From contig NC_089434.1 in the NCBI RefSeq assembly GCF_026210795.1, positions 558,001 through 622,000 of the forward strand: DNA of 64,000 nucleotides, given 5' to 3'. The notes beneath the pieces are model-generated. The model was not told where the DNA came from, made no database searches, and saw only the letters and a program-made list of their open reading frames with translations. The stretch is from Rhizophagus irregularis. Lineage: Eukaryota. This document shows, piece by piece, positions 25,646 to 37,695 of the stretch (position 1 is its first letter; the number at the start of each line of letters is the position of its first letter). Made by a program: the position numbers and the translations under genes.

Positions 25646-26904
25646 TTATTGTGAAAAATACAATTTTTTTTATGAGTATGATGTCTAATTTTATGAGAAT
25701 TAGATGTAATAAGTTCAATAATGTATTTGAAAACAAATTATCAGTTTAAAAATTTATTTTATAAAAATTTTTGAACGTGTGAAATTTAATTTTATTTTTT
25801 ATATATAAAAAATTACTCCTGTTACGCAAATCTATATATGACTATTCATTTCTAATTTATTTGCTACGCAAATACAAATATGACGTTATGGAAATTTTAC
25901 CCCTAAATACGCAAAATTCTATATGACTTAATAAAAAATTTTATATGATGAATAAGCAAATTTTTTTGTTACCGTTCATTCCAAAAGGATGGGAATAGAA
26001 AAATTATTATTAATACAACTGAGTTTTTTTGTAAAAAAAGTGATTAAAATTTCATTAACTGGAAAAATTATATTAGCAATAAAGAATTGTGTACATATGA
26101 ACATATGACCTGACCGCTAATCAAATAACATGGACAGATCATGTTACATAATTCAAATTATTTATACAGACAGTATGACAGAATATTTCTCGGTTTACAC
26201 AATTTTTTAAAAAGCTATCAATCGGCCGGTAAGTTGTACAACCGATACCAAAACTGCATATATATATAGTAAATAAATAATATTAAATTAATATTAATAA
26301 TAAATAAATATTGCACATAATTATAATTTATTTATTAAATATATTAAATAATTCACTCAGTTTATACAATTATCGATCAGCCAGTAAGTTATATGGCCAA
26401 TACCAAAACTGTGGTTTTTAATATATATATATAGTTAATAAATAATATTAATTATTTATCAATATATTAAATAATTTTAGATATAACAGCTAAGTCATAT
26501 ATATAGCGAATAATAATTGCATTAATTACATGATAAATAAAATGAATAATCACGTATTTTACATTATTTTTAGGAAAAAACTGGTAATTAATTACCAGAA
26601 TTACAAATAAGAAAAATAAGATAATAAAATCCATGTATTACATAACACATATGATCTTCGGGAATCGGATATTTTGGCAGGTTTCGGCCTATCTTAAGAT
26701 TCGGCCTAATTTTGAAGTTTCAGTCAAAATTACAAATTTCAGCCAAAATTTTGGATTTCTGGAATTTTATTGGTTAAACCCTTTCACAATTTAAAAATAG
26801 GGTTTTAGTAAAAGACCCTTTATTTTGGTATATTAACACTGAAATGTAATTAAAATTCTTACATTAATAAATACATTTTTAATTTTTTCATATAATATAA
26901 AACT

Positions 26905-27396
26905 ATGAGTTTTACTGTTAATCATTGGAGAGTTGAAGTATCAGATAATGATTCTGAATCTTATTTGAACTCAGAACATGAAAATTTTGATAGTTCATTA
27001 TTTTCAAGTTATGCAGTTCGTCAACAAGCTAATGCAGATCATTCTCGAATTCCAATTCAACCATCTTTGTTTTCTGCAAACATCACCTTTAGAGCTTATT
27101 TTCCATCCTGGCAACCTTCTATAAAATTGTGTAACTTACAAGATCGGTTTAATACAACTATTATTCTTACTCAATATCCATGTGTTCCATGTAGTTATTG
27201 TTCTCGTTTACAGTATCCAACAAAGGCAAAGTGGGAACTATATGATAGAACATTTAAATATCCTTTAGAAGAAGCTTATTCAAATAATCCACAAATCACA
27301 TTAGTTTTTCATACTGATGATTCTCAACCTGCACGTATAGCAACATGTTCTTCTTGTTATAATTCTAATAATCATCTTAAAATACCAATTCCTGAT
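26905..27396 (+). pseudogene. 5' part (164 codons) of the second RepHel, cut off by the hAT insertion
   Basis: Cys cluster PCVPCSYC...CSSC. Ends ...KIPIPD exactly at the TSD; the apparent stop is supplied by the hAT TIR. Confidence 0.88.
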
Positions 27397-28200
27397 TAAA
27401 GCTCTCCATAAGCCAAGCCGGCTTGAAGGCTTATAAGCCGGCTTGCATCAAGCTGGCTTGAATCTCACTTATAAGCCATCAAGCCGGCTTATTTCAAGCC
27501 AAGCCAAGCCGTGGCTTATTCAAGCCGGCTTGCAAGCTTTTTTTTTTTTTATAATTTATGTAATTTATATGAAATATATTAAATTATTTATTAAAAAAAT
27601 TTATAAAATAAAAATTTTCAATAACCAAATTACGTAGTATTCATAAAGATCGGTATCAGTCATATGACTTGCCGAATCAATTTACCGATCGGTTGATAAT
27701 CTATTTTTTATTTAAAACAACCGAATTCCTATAAAAATTTTTATGTAAAAACTCCGTAAAAATAATCCTTTCACGGATCCATTCACGGAAAATGAAAACA
27801 ATTCGATAAATTCCATGATATAAGGTTATTAATTCCGGAAATATGAGCCTTCTACGGAAAAAGGATGGAATATAAAAAAACGGATCAACTTTTTTTACCG
27901 GAAATAGCTAAAAAAAGTTGGAACTCTACATAAACTAAACACCGGAGTGCTGTAAGTATGAGAGTTCGTGGTTATTTTTTTATTTTTGGAACGATTACTA
28001 ACGTTCCTTTTCATTTTTTACTTTAGGAACGGTTCTTAGACGTCTGGAACTCTGGAATGGCAAGTCGAGGGGAGAATGGGGTATTGTTAAAACGTAAGAG
28101 ACAATTCCTTCCCCGATTTTGAAGAAAAAGAATAACGCCGAGTTTCATAAAAGAGAACGACTAGATTTGCATTGTGAGGAATACCCCAAAACCCGGAACC

Positions 28201-28448
28201 TTTCGTATTCCCCTTTCCCTTTCGTATTCCCCTTTCCCTTTCGTATTCCCTTTCCCTTTCGTATTCCCCTTTCCCTTTCGAATTCCCCTTTCCCTTTCGT
28301 ATTCCCCTTTCCCTTTCGTATTCCCCTTTCCCTTTCGAATTCCCCTTTCCCTTTCGTATTCCCCTTTCCCTTTCGTATTCCCCTTTCCCTTTCGTATTCC
28401 CCTTTCCCTTTCGTATTCCCCTTTCCCTTTCGTATTCCCCTTTTCCTT
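28201..28448. repeat. 19-bp minisatellite (TTTCGTATTCCCCTTTCCC)n, ~13 units
   Basis: Directly visible inside the hAT. Confidence 0.95.
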
Positions 28449-30041
28449 TTAACGGTTCAAATGTATTATTTCCGACGCTATTATTTGTTGCCATACCTGG
28501 AGCAGCGTAGGGATCTATTGTTGGTTGATTTTGTGGATCGTTCGTGTTTGATGTCATGTACCTAGAACCGAAAGAATTGAGAGAAAAATTTAAAACGGTA
28601 TTTCCGGAGGATCTGAAGATTCTGTGAGAAAGGTTTTTGATGTTTAAATAATTGGAGTATTTTTTTGTGAAGAAGCATATCAACAAAATAATTTCTATGG
28701 AGGGTGAGGGTGTTGAACTTACCGACGTTCCTCCATCTTCGAAGTTCGAAAGAGGACGTTCAAAGTAGCAATGTTGGTCCATTTTCGGAAGAGGACTTTT
28801 AAACTATTAATGTTGGTATTTCTTCAAAAAGTAGACAGTTTATTATATAAGATGGGGAACGTTAACACGTTCATCAGTTTGGTGTTGATAAAATTTGAGG
28901 AGCAGCAAACGAACCCGTTGGAAAATAAAGTATTTGTTGTTTTTCTATAACCCATAATACTTTCAGAACGTTACTAACGTTCCTTTTCGTTTTTTACTTT
29001 AGGGAACGGTTCCTGGACTTGAATTTTGGTCTGGAACTCTGAAATGAGAAGTTGAGACTTGAGACGGGTTAAAACTCCGGAAAATAAGGTATTTGTAGTT
29101 ATGACAATAATATCTTTACATTTTGGAGGCGCTTGTAGATACGAACCACTAATGGAATGGTAGTGGTCGGCATTTTTTCTATTATGGGAACGTTAGTAAA
29201 CGTTACTGACGTTCCTTTATTTGGTTTTTTTTTAATAGGAACAATCCTGGAAGTTAAATATATCACCCTCAAGGTCTATATAAATATGTTTTATGGGGAA
29301 GTTGGCACTCACAATAGCATCTCCCCTTCTTATTCCTGCACGTTGTAGAGGTTGGCAAGCTTTGAGAATAGATGAAAAATGGTTGAAACTCATTTTCTTA
29401 AATCAATCAATTTGCCAATAAATTTGTCTAATTGATTTGTGAATATATTACATTAAGAATTGCCAAATTGTGTTAAAGTACCAAGATTCACACCATCCAT
29501 GAGTGGAGTTATTTTGAGCTCTTCTAATTCAATATATACTTGAATAATAGTAAGGTGTGGAATGCTGAATTTTTGCATATAAAAAGAGTGCATGAATATT
29601 ACCCAACTTTTTCATTACTAGTTAAATTAGCTGGATAGAAGAAGAGATACAAATGCCAAATCATTGTGGATGGATTTATCAATTATGGAATAATCTAAGA
29701 TACAGGAATTGGGATTTAACAAAGTTTGATATCCAACAATCACTCTATTTACTTTTATATTTTTCGTCCTATTGGTCTAATAATAATGTATGGTCATATG
29801 ATTTATACGTACTATACTTTATGCATGCATATTAAAAATTTAAATAAATGTTTGATAAGAAGATTGCTATTTTCAGTATTTTGGTTACAATTACGAATCA
29901 TTATACAGATTTATGCATTAATATTGTTCTTTTTTTTAAAAACGTTTCAAAATTATTTATAAAAAAAAAAAAATTATTTTGTTGGGTTTATTCACTTTAT
30001 TGTATTAATAATTTGTTTTTTTGTTTTTATAAAATTATAAA

Positions 30042-32618
30042 ATGTCATCAGATTCTTCTAATAATACGAACAATGATAGTATCATTAACATTGGTAAAGA
30101 AGATGAAAGTTCTGTTAAAAAAAGAGTATCCCCCGTTTATCAATATTTTACATTTAATGATGAACTAAGTCGCTGGTATTGTGACTATTGTGCGTAAGTA
30201 TATATTTTCATGTTTTAATATTTATTTTCATGCTTTAATATTATAAATTTACAATCTAAAATTAATTGTATTGTTTGAATAATAGGAAGGATTTTGGAGA
30301 TAATACCTCAAATCTTTGGAGACATATTAAAAAAATCCATAGCGAAATTCTTGGTGAATCTGAAAAAACAAATAGTAATAATAATGAAAAAGTTAGTTTA
30401 ATATTTTAATTTTCAATACAAATATTATGCAATAAGCAGTATTAATTAGAACATTTACTTGTTTATTTTTTTAAGCCTACACAGCATGGTTTTCGAAAAA
30501 AATTACTCCAATGGGTAGTACGAGATGACCAACCATTTATCACAATCGAATGTCAGGAATTTAAAAATATGGTAAAATATTTGTGGCCTAGTGTTAATGT
30601 ACCATCAGCAAATACATTAAGAAGAGATTTAAGTGCAAATTTTGAGCAAGTAAAAGATAAAGTTCGCCTGGAATTACAAGTTAGTATTTAGTAATCACAT
30701 AAATAATAATTATATAATTATTAAATATTAATAATAATATAATTTAAAAATAGGAAACTCCTGGTTTGCTTTCTTTTACAGTAGATGCTTGGACAAGTAA
30801 AAACCAACTACCATTTCTTGGTATATCTGTTCATTGGATTAACAAAAAGTGGGAACTACAAAGTTTAACTTTAGATTTTTGCCTTTTATCGGGACAGCAT
30901 TCCGGAGAAAACCTTGCTCAACAATTTTTGAAGGTTTTGGAAGATTTTAATATAGAAACAAAAGTATGTAATTATATTGGTTTAGAAATTTTAATTTTTT
31001 TTTTAATATTTTTTTTTGATTTTAGCTTTTAGCTATAGGGTGTGACAATGCGTCAAATATGGATGTTATGCTAAATAAAATATCTAGTTCTTTACGTAGT
31101 AAAAATATTTTGTTTAATCCAAACAATCAACGTGTAAGATGTTTCGCACACATCATTAACTTAGCGGCAAAAAAAGCTGTTGAAAATCTTTATATATCTG
31201 ATTTGAATGATGATGATAATTTAGATATTGGAGAAACTACTAATGAATTAATGAGTGTTATTTATAAAGTAATTTATTAATTATAAATATACTATATAAC
31301 TTAAGTTTTAATACTAAAATTTATTCTTTTTATTATATTAATATTTAATATTAGCTTCGAAAATTAGTAGTAAGGATACGTGCATCTCCACAAAGAAGAG
31401 AACGTTTTCAACAGCAATGTGTTGCTATTGAACTTCCAGAGCTTGAATTACTGCCAGATATCAAGACACGTTGGAATTCTACAGAAATTATGATTGAACG
31501 AGCTTTAAAACTTCGACAAGCACTTCATAATTTCACTTCGGCTGATAGAGATTTAAAACATTACTTATTTTCAGATAATGAATGGAAGCTTATTGAAGAA
31601 ATTCATTTACTAATGCAGGTTTGTAAATTATAATTATTGTTTTTTAAAAAAAATAATTATTTATTAATATTTTATGAATTTTATTTTATATAGTATTTTA
31701 AAATATGTTCAGATTATATTACTGGTCAATTATATCCTACTCTTGCCTTTACCATCCCAGCATATAATTATCTATTAGATAAAATCGAAGATATTATTGA
31801 TAATAATAATATAAGAATTGAAATTAAGAATGCGGCAACTGCCGCAAAAAAAAAATTGAAGAATATTATCCTACTACTGGTGGACATATATATATAATTG
31901 CTACAGGTTAGTTGAATTACAAAAAGTGTATTTTATAATTTTTATAAATTTATATTTATTATTTATTATTCATAATTATTAAATAGCAATGGATCCACGA
32001 TTAAAATTACAATATTATGATGACAATGATTGGGAGGCTGAATATATTTTAGAAGCTAAAAAAATTGTTACAGATATATGGAATAATTTTTATAAAAATA
32101 ATATAGATATTAGCCAATCTTCAGATAATTTAGAAGACGATCTTCTTTCACATATTTTCAAAAAACGAAAAACTGAACGGGATGATGAATTAAAATCTTA
32201 TTTTAGAGAACCAACTATATCTAAATCAACAGATGTACTTGCATGGTGGAAGGTAAATTTTATTGTAAAATTTAATTATAATAATATATATTATTAAATA
32301 TAAACTTATTTTTTATTAATTTTTTTAATAGGTACAAGAAGCTAATTATCCAAATCTTTCTAAAATGGCTTTAGATTATTTAGCTATTCCAGGTTAATAT
32401 TTAAATAACATTATTATAATAATATTTTTAATTATTTAATAATATATTTTTATTGTTTTTTAGCGACAAGTGCTCCTGTAGAACGTATTTTTTCAAGTGG
32501 TACCGATTTAGTTACACAAAAAAGATGTAGTTTAAAAGGTGAAACTATTAGAGAATTAATGTGTTTAAAAAGTTGGTGGAAATTAGGCTTCAATGAACCT
32601 ATAATTATCAAAGATTAA
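30042..32618 (+). CDS. hAT transposase with BED zinc finger, ~10 exons, apparent frameshift in an A10 run
   Basis: BED finger (SPVYQYF..WYCDYC..TSNLWRHIKKIH). Catalytic motifs FTVDAWTS, GCDNASNM, RCFAHIINL, TRWNST, DPRLK, ATSAPVERIFS. The reading frame breaks at the A-run 31846-31855. Confidence 0.88.
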
Positions 32619-33225
32619 TTTTTTAAATTATTTTTTTTAAAAAAATCAATTTATGTATAAAACTTATATAAATATATATATAATAAAAAGAAATTATTTA
32701 TCAGAATTTTTATAATTATATAAAAATAAAAAATTAATTAATTTGTTTAATAACTTATAAAATATAAATATAATTTATATTTTATTAAGGGTTTAAATCT
32801 TATATACAAGTATATTGCAATATCCTATCCTTTATAATATTTTATATAAAAGTCAAAAACACTATTTTAATTGGCTATTAAGTAAAATTGTAAAATAAGC
32901 AAAAATATATATAATATATATCTTTTAAAAGTTCTATAATATGTATATAGAGAAAATTACCAAAAAAAAAGGATGTGTTACTACATAATTGCATAAAATG
33001 TTTTTATTAAAATTAATTTTAAAGTATTCTTTTAAATTTAAAAAAGAAAATATTAAAATAATATTTTTTTTTATTTAATGATTATAAAAAAATAAAATTA
33101 CTACTGTTAAATTCATTTCAATAAGATATATTAAATGGTAGTAATTTACCCTTTTATAATTACTTAATAGTAAAAAATTTAATTTGTAGTTTTTTCTAGA
33201 ATTTTATAATTTTTGAGCAAAATTC

Positions 33226-33437
33226 ATAATGCCGGCCAGAATTACAATATCACGTAATTTCGGAATTCGGGTAAATAGTTTAGCCACCAGAAAATTAATG
33301 TTACACAAGAAAAAAACACATTTCAATACGCACAAAATCCGTGTAACATAAATTTCCTTATTAGGAAATTATATTTACGAAATTTGTGTAACATAAATTT
33401 CCTTATTAGGAAATTTAATAATTCCGGCCGGCATTAT
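33226..33437. repeat. Short inverted-repeat (MITE-like) unit within the hAT right arm
   Basis: ATAATGCCGGCCAGAATT ... AATTCCGGCCGGCATTAT (1 mismatch), with an internal duplicated GTGTAACATAAATTTCCTTATTAGGAAATT. No convincing TSD. Confidence 0.55.
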
Positions 33438-33576
33438 AAATTAGACAAGCCGGATTATTAAGCCGGCTTGTTAAGCCAAGCCGGCTGGATTAATCAAGCC
33501 GGCTTGAAAAAATTTAATAAGCCAAGCCGGCTTGTAAATTAATCCAAGCCGGCTTATGGAGAGCTTTATTCCTGAT

Positions 33577-36500
33577 CCTATACCTGATGAAATTCAAAGT
33601 GTGCCTTTATATCATCGAATTTATCTCTCACCTATTCATCTTAGTTGTTCATTAGGCCGAGTTCCAAATAGCAATGCTTACACAAACTATCGTCACTTAA
33701 CTGGAACCTTTAACTACTCAAAAAATATTAATGCACTTGCATTATATTCTGGTACCATTGGTGCTATACTAAATAATAATCAATCAAATTCATGGTATCA
33801 TTCTTCACTTGATAATGCAGCAAGATGGTTACGAGATCATAATCCTTATTTTAAACCATATCAAACTTTAATTAATCGTGGAACATGGGATGGGGCACCA
33901 ATTATCTTTCCAAATGCCTCACTTAGTAATACTTCTCAAAATCAAGACCAACCATTATTTAACATTAATTCACGTCCTTCTGCTGTAATACTACCTCCCT
34001 ATGAACTTGATGCAGAAATTCATAATGAAGATTACCATTATAATCGATTAATGGCAGGATTTTTAACTGATCCATATAATAAAAAATTACCAATATCTTT
34101 TTATGATAAAAATATTGAACCACTTTTATTTCCTGACCTTTTTCCATATGGAAAAGGATTTTATATAAATGATGAAAATACAAATCGGCGATTTACAGAT
34201 AGTTTAGGTAATTATGCAAAATCTTTACTACTTTGTCCTGATCCCAGATGGAGATTATCTTGGTATTGGCCTCATTATATTTATTTAACAATTGAAAAAT
34301 TAAGAAATCACCAAAATAGAAATCGAATTTTAAATCAATATAATACTTCACTATCACATCAATTAACAACAGCAGATTTAATTACCAATAGTATTTATAC
34401 TGGACGTCCAATAATTAATGAAAAAAATACAACAACTATACCTTCTTATATTAGAACAGGAGATTCTTATTTTCGCCAAAAAGAACATCATATTAATACT
34501 ATGGTTCAAGGATTTGGTTTACCACAAATTTTTTATACTATGACTATGGCTGAAAATCATTGGTCACATTTAAAAAATATTTTATTAAAAACTGATAACA
34601 AAGATCCCCTTCCTTCTAATCGTCCATTTCATACCTACTTGCATTATCATCATCGTTTAGCATCAATGCATCAATATCTTTGGAAAAATCCAAATTTAAC
34701 TGATTGGGGTAACTGGTTACATCATTTTGAACGTGATGAATTTCAAAATCGTGGAGCAATTCATACACATGGTATAGCTTATTTATCTAAATCAATTTCT
34801 GAATTAATTGATTCTAATGTAATTAGAGCAGATATGCCAGATCCCAATTCTGAACCAGAATTATATGAATTGGTTAAAAAACATCAAATTCATACTTGTG
34901 ATTCACGTTGTGGAGGTCCAGCTCCATCTGGTTCACGTTGCAAAAAAGGTTTTCCTCAACCATATTCAGATACTACACATGAAGATCCTAATTCCTTAAG
35001 ATATATTTATCGTCGTACTAAAGAAGAAGATTTATATGTTATTCCATATCATGCACCAACATTATTTTTATGGAATGGTCATATTAATTTTCAATATGTA
35101 ACAACACATCAATTTGCAAAATATATGACTAAGTATGTTACAAAATCTGAACCATCAGAATATTTTGATATTTCTGAACCTGATGCATTTCGAAAACATA
35201 TTTTAGCAAGACGTCTTGGATCAATGGAATTAATGATTCTTTTACTTGGATATTCAATATGTCGATCATCAATTGCTGTTGAATTTCTTCCTTCTATTCC
35301 TCCTGAAATAAGAACTAAATCTATAAAACCACTTTATTTATTACAACAAGAAGAACAATTATCTCCCTATTGGGATGATGCCATTGATAAATATTTTGAT
35401 CGTCCATCTGATAATGAATTTGATAGTATGACATATCCTTTTTATCATCGCAATTATACTATACAAAAAAGTCAGCCAAAAAATGGAATATATTATATAG
35501 ATAAAAAAAACCGCTTTGTAAGAAAAAGACAAAAAGAAATTCTTGTACGTTTTCAACATTTAACAATTCAGCAATCAGAATCATTTTATTATCAACAATT
35601 ACTACTTAGATTACCTGTTAGAAGTGAAACTGATTTAAAAAGCTTATATCAAACTTATAAAGCTCATTTTGAAGCTAAATATCCTACTGAATATTCATTA
35701 ACTTTAAATTTTGTACAAAATTCAATGCAATCTAATATTCAAAGATATACAAATAATTATCAAAATTTAGTTAATAATTTGATATCTTCATTGCATGTAA
35801 ACTTACAAGAAATTATTGGAAATCAGTTAAATAATTTGTTACGTCAACCTATTCGCTCTTTAAATCTCTCATCTATGCTACTTTCTGAAGATCAATACAA
35901 AATAATGAATATACTTACAAATAGTTGGGGAGAAAGATTACATTCTAAACATCCTTATTTTTTTCTAACTGGTTCAGCAGGTACTGGTAAATCTTTTATG
36001 ATACATCTAATTAAAAATTTTTTAGCTGATAAAAAAACTGAATATTTATTGATGGCTCCTACTGGTGTTGCTGCACAAAATGTAAATGGAAAAACTATAC
36101 ATTCAGCATTATATATTAGAAATACTCAAACCTATTTTGAAACATTATCTCATTATAATAATCAACAATTTGAAAAACTTAGCCAGATTAAAGCTATTAT
36201 AATTGAAGAAGTATCAATGGTATCATCAATTCTTTTATCTTTTATTAGTTCATTATTTGCAAAAATTAACAAATCACCAGTAACTTTTGGTGGAATTCCA
36301 ACTTTACTAATTGGAGATATTGCTCAACTTCCACCTGTAAGTGGTAAACAAGTTTTTTATGCTCCAGAATGGCAAGAATTTTTCCCACTTTTTCTTACAA
36401 CTTCTCATCGCCAACAAGATAGATCATTTTATAATATATTAGAAGAAATGCGAATAGGAAATATAAGTTCAGAAACAAGAAGATTAATTGATGAAAAAGT

Positions 36501-37191
36501 GCAATCATATCAAAGTAACAATGAAATGTCAACTGATACTACCTATATTTTTGGATTTCATCATAGTGCAGATTCAATTAATAATTTAATCTGTGGTTAT
36601 CTTCCTATTTTTAAAGATATCTCCTCTGGATTTTTAATTTCTACAGCTATTGATTATGTTAATGAAAAAGAATGTATACCAAAAGAATATGATAAACAAT
36701 TTAGACATTATACTAATTTACCATCTGAATTAATAATAAGAGAAGGAGCAAGAGTAATGTTTCTAACTAACAAATTATTTAATGAACAACTTTGTAATGG
36801 ATCAATTGGTGTGGTAACTAAATTAATAAATGAAAATCAAGTAGAAGTGGCATTTCCAATAAATAATGGGATAAATCAAGTTATAGTAGAAAAAATTACA
36901 ACTTATTTTAACTTACATGGAGCTTCAGCACAACGAACACAATTTCCACTTCAAAATGCATTTGCTCTAACTGTACACAAGACACAAGGCCTTACATTAC
37001 CCCATGTAACTGTATCATTGGATGAACAAATGTTTGCTCATGGGCAATCTTATGTAGCAATAAGTCGTGCCACATCTTGGGAAAATCTAGAAATCCAATC
37101 TTTTGATCCAAATGCAATAAAAGTAGATGATGCAATGTTGTCAGAATTAAATAGATTACAGGAGAAATTCAATACAATGTATTTATCATAA
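33577..37191 (+). pseudogene. Main part (1204 aa) of the second, divergent RepHel (Helitron2/Helentron-like HUH + Pif1 helicase)
   Basis: LFPDLFPYG; Rep motifs [24 protein letters not shown]; helicase motifs [46 protein letters not shown]. Uninterrupted and intronless. The ORF-track ATG at 33556 lies in the hAT TIR. Confidence 0.9.
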
Positions 37192-37695
37192 TAGCATCCA
37201 ATCTAATTTTTTTAAATCACTATACTTAACATTATCATCATATCTAATATTTTACTAAAATTAATACAAACTATTATATTTATATTTATCTTTATATTAT
37301 TATCACTTAACATGTTACAGGATCAATTCATTTTGATCATTAAATATAATATTTCTTTAATAAAACTAATAAACTCAAAATAAACCATAAAATTTATTAT
37401 TTGATAAAAATACAAAATACAAATCAACTTTTTAATATAAACCCTATTATATTACTTAAAATATATATAAATAATTACTGAATAATGCAATAATTATATT
37501 ATAACTCACTAACAATACCAAATTACCCTAGTTTATAATAATAATATAACTTTTAAGTTAATAATTTATGCATAAAAATTATTTAAATTACAAACTAAGA
37601 ATTTTCCTTTTACACTTAGTGTTTTAAATAATTCAATTTAAAAAATTTCAAAATAAAATAAATGATATTTCCTTTGGTTTAATTTATAAAATAAT

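Larger units (their letters stand above)
27397..33568 (+). mobile_element. Complete hAT transposon (6172 bp)
   Basis: Perfect 18-bp TIR TAAAGCTCTCCATAAGCC. 8-bp TSD TTCCTGAT (27389-27396, 33569-33576). Subterminal AAGCCGGCTT palindromes at both ends and an internal transposase. Confidence 0.96.

Noticed and set aside
28087..28782. ORFs spanning the 19-bp minisatellite
   Set aside because: The repeat lacks stops in several frames and its period is not a multiple of 3; no recognisable domain.
33556..33576. ATG at 33556 as the RepHel start
   Set aside because: It lies within the hAT TIR/TSD; the true start is 26905. Translation of a truncated protein from it cannot be excluded.
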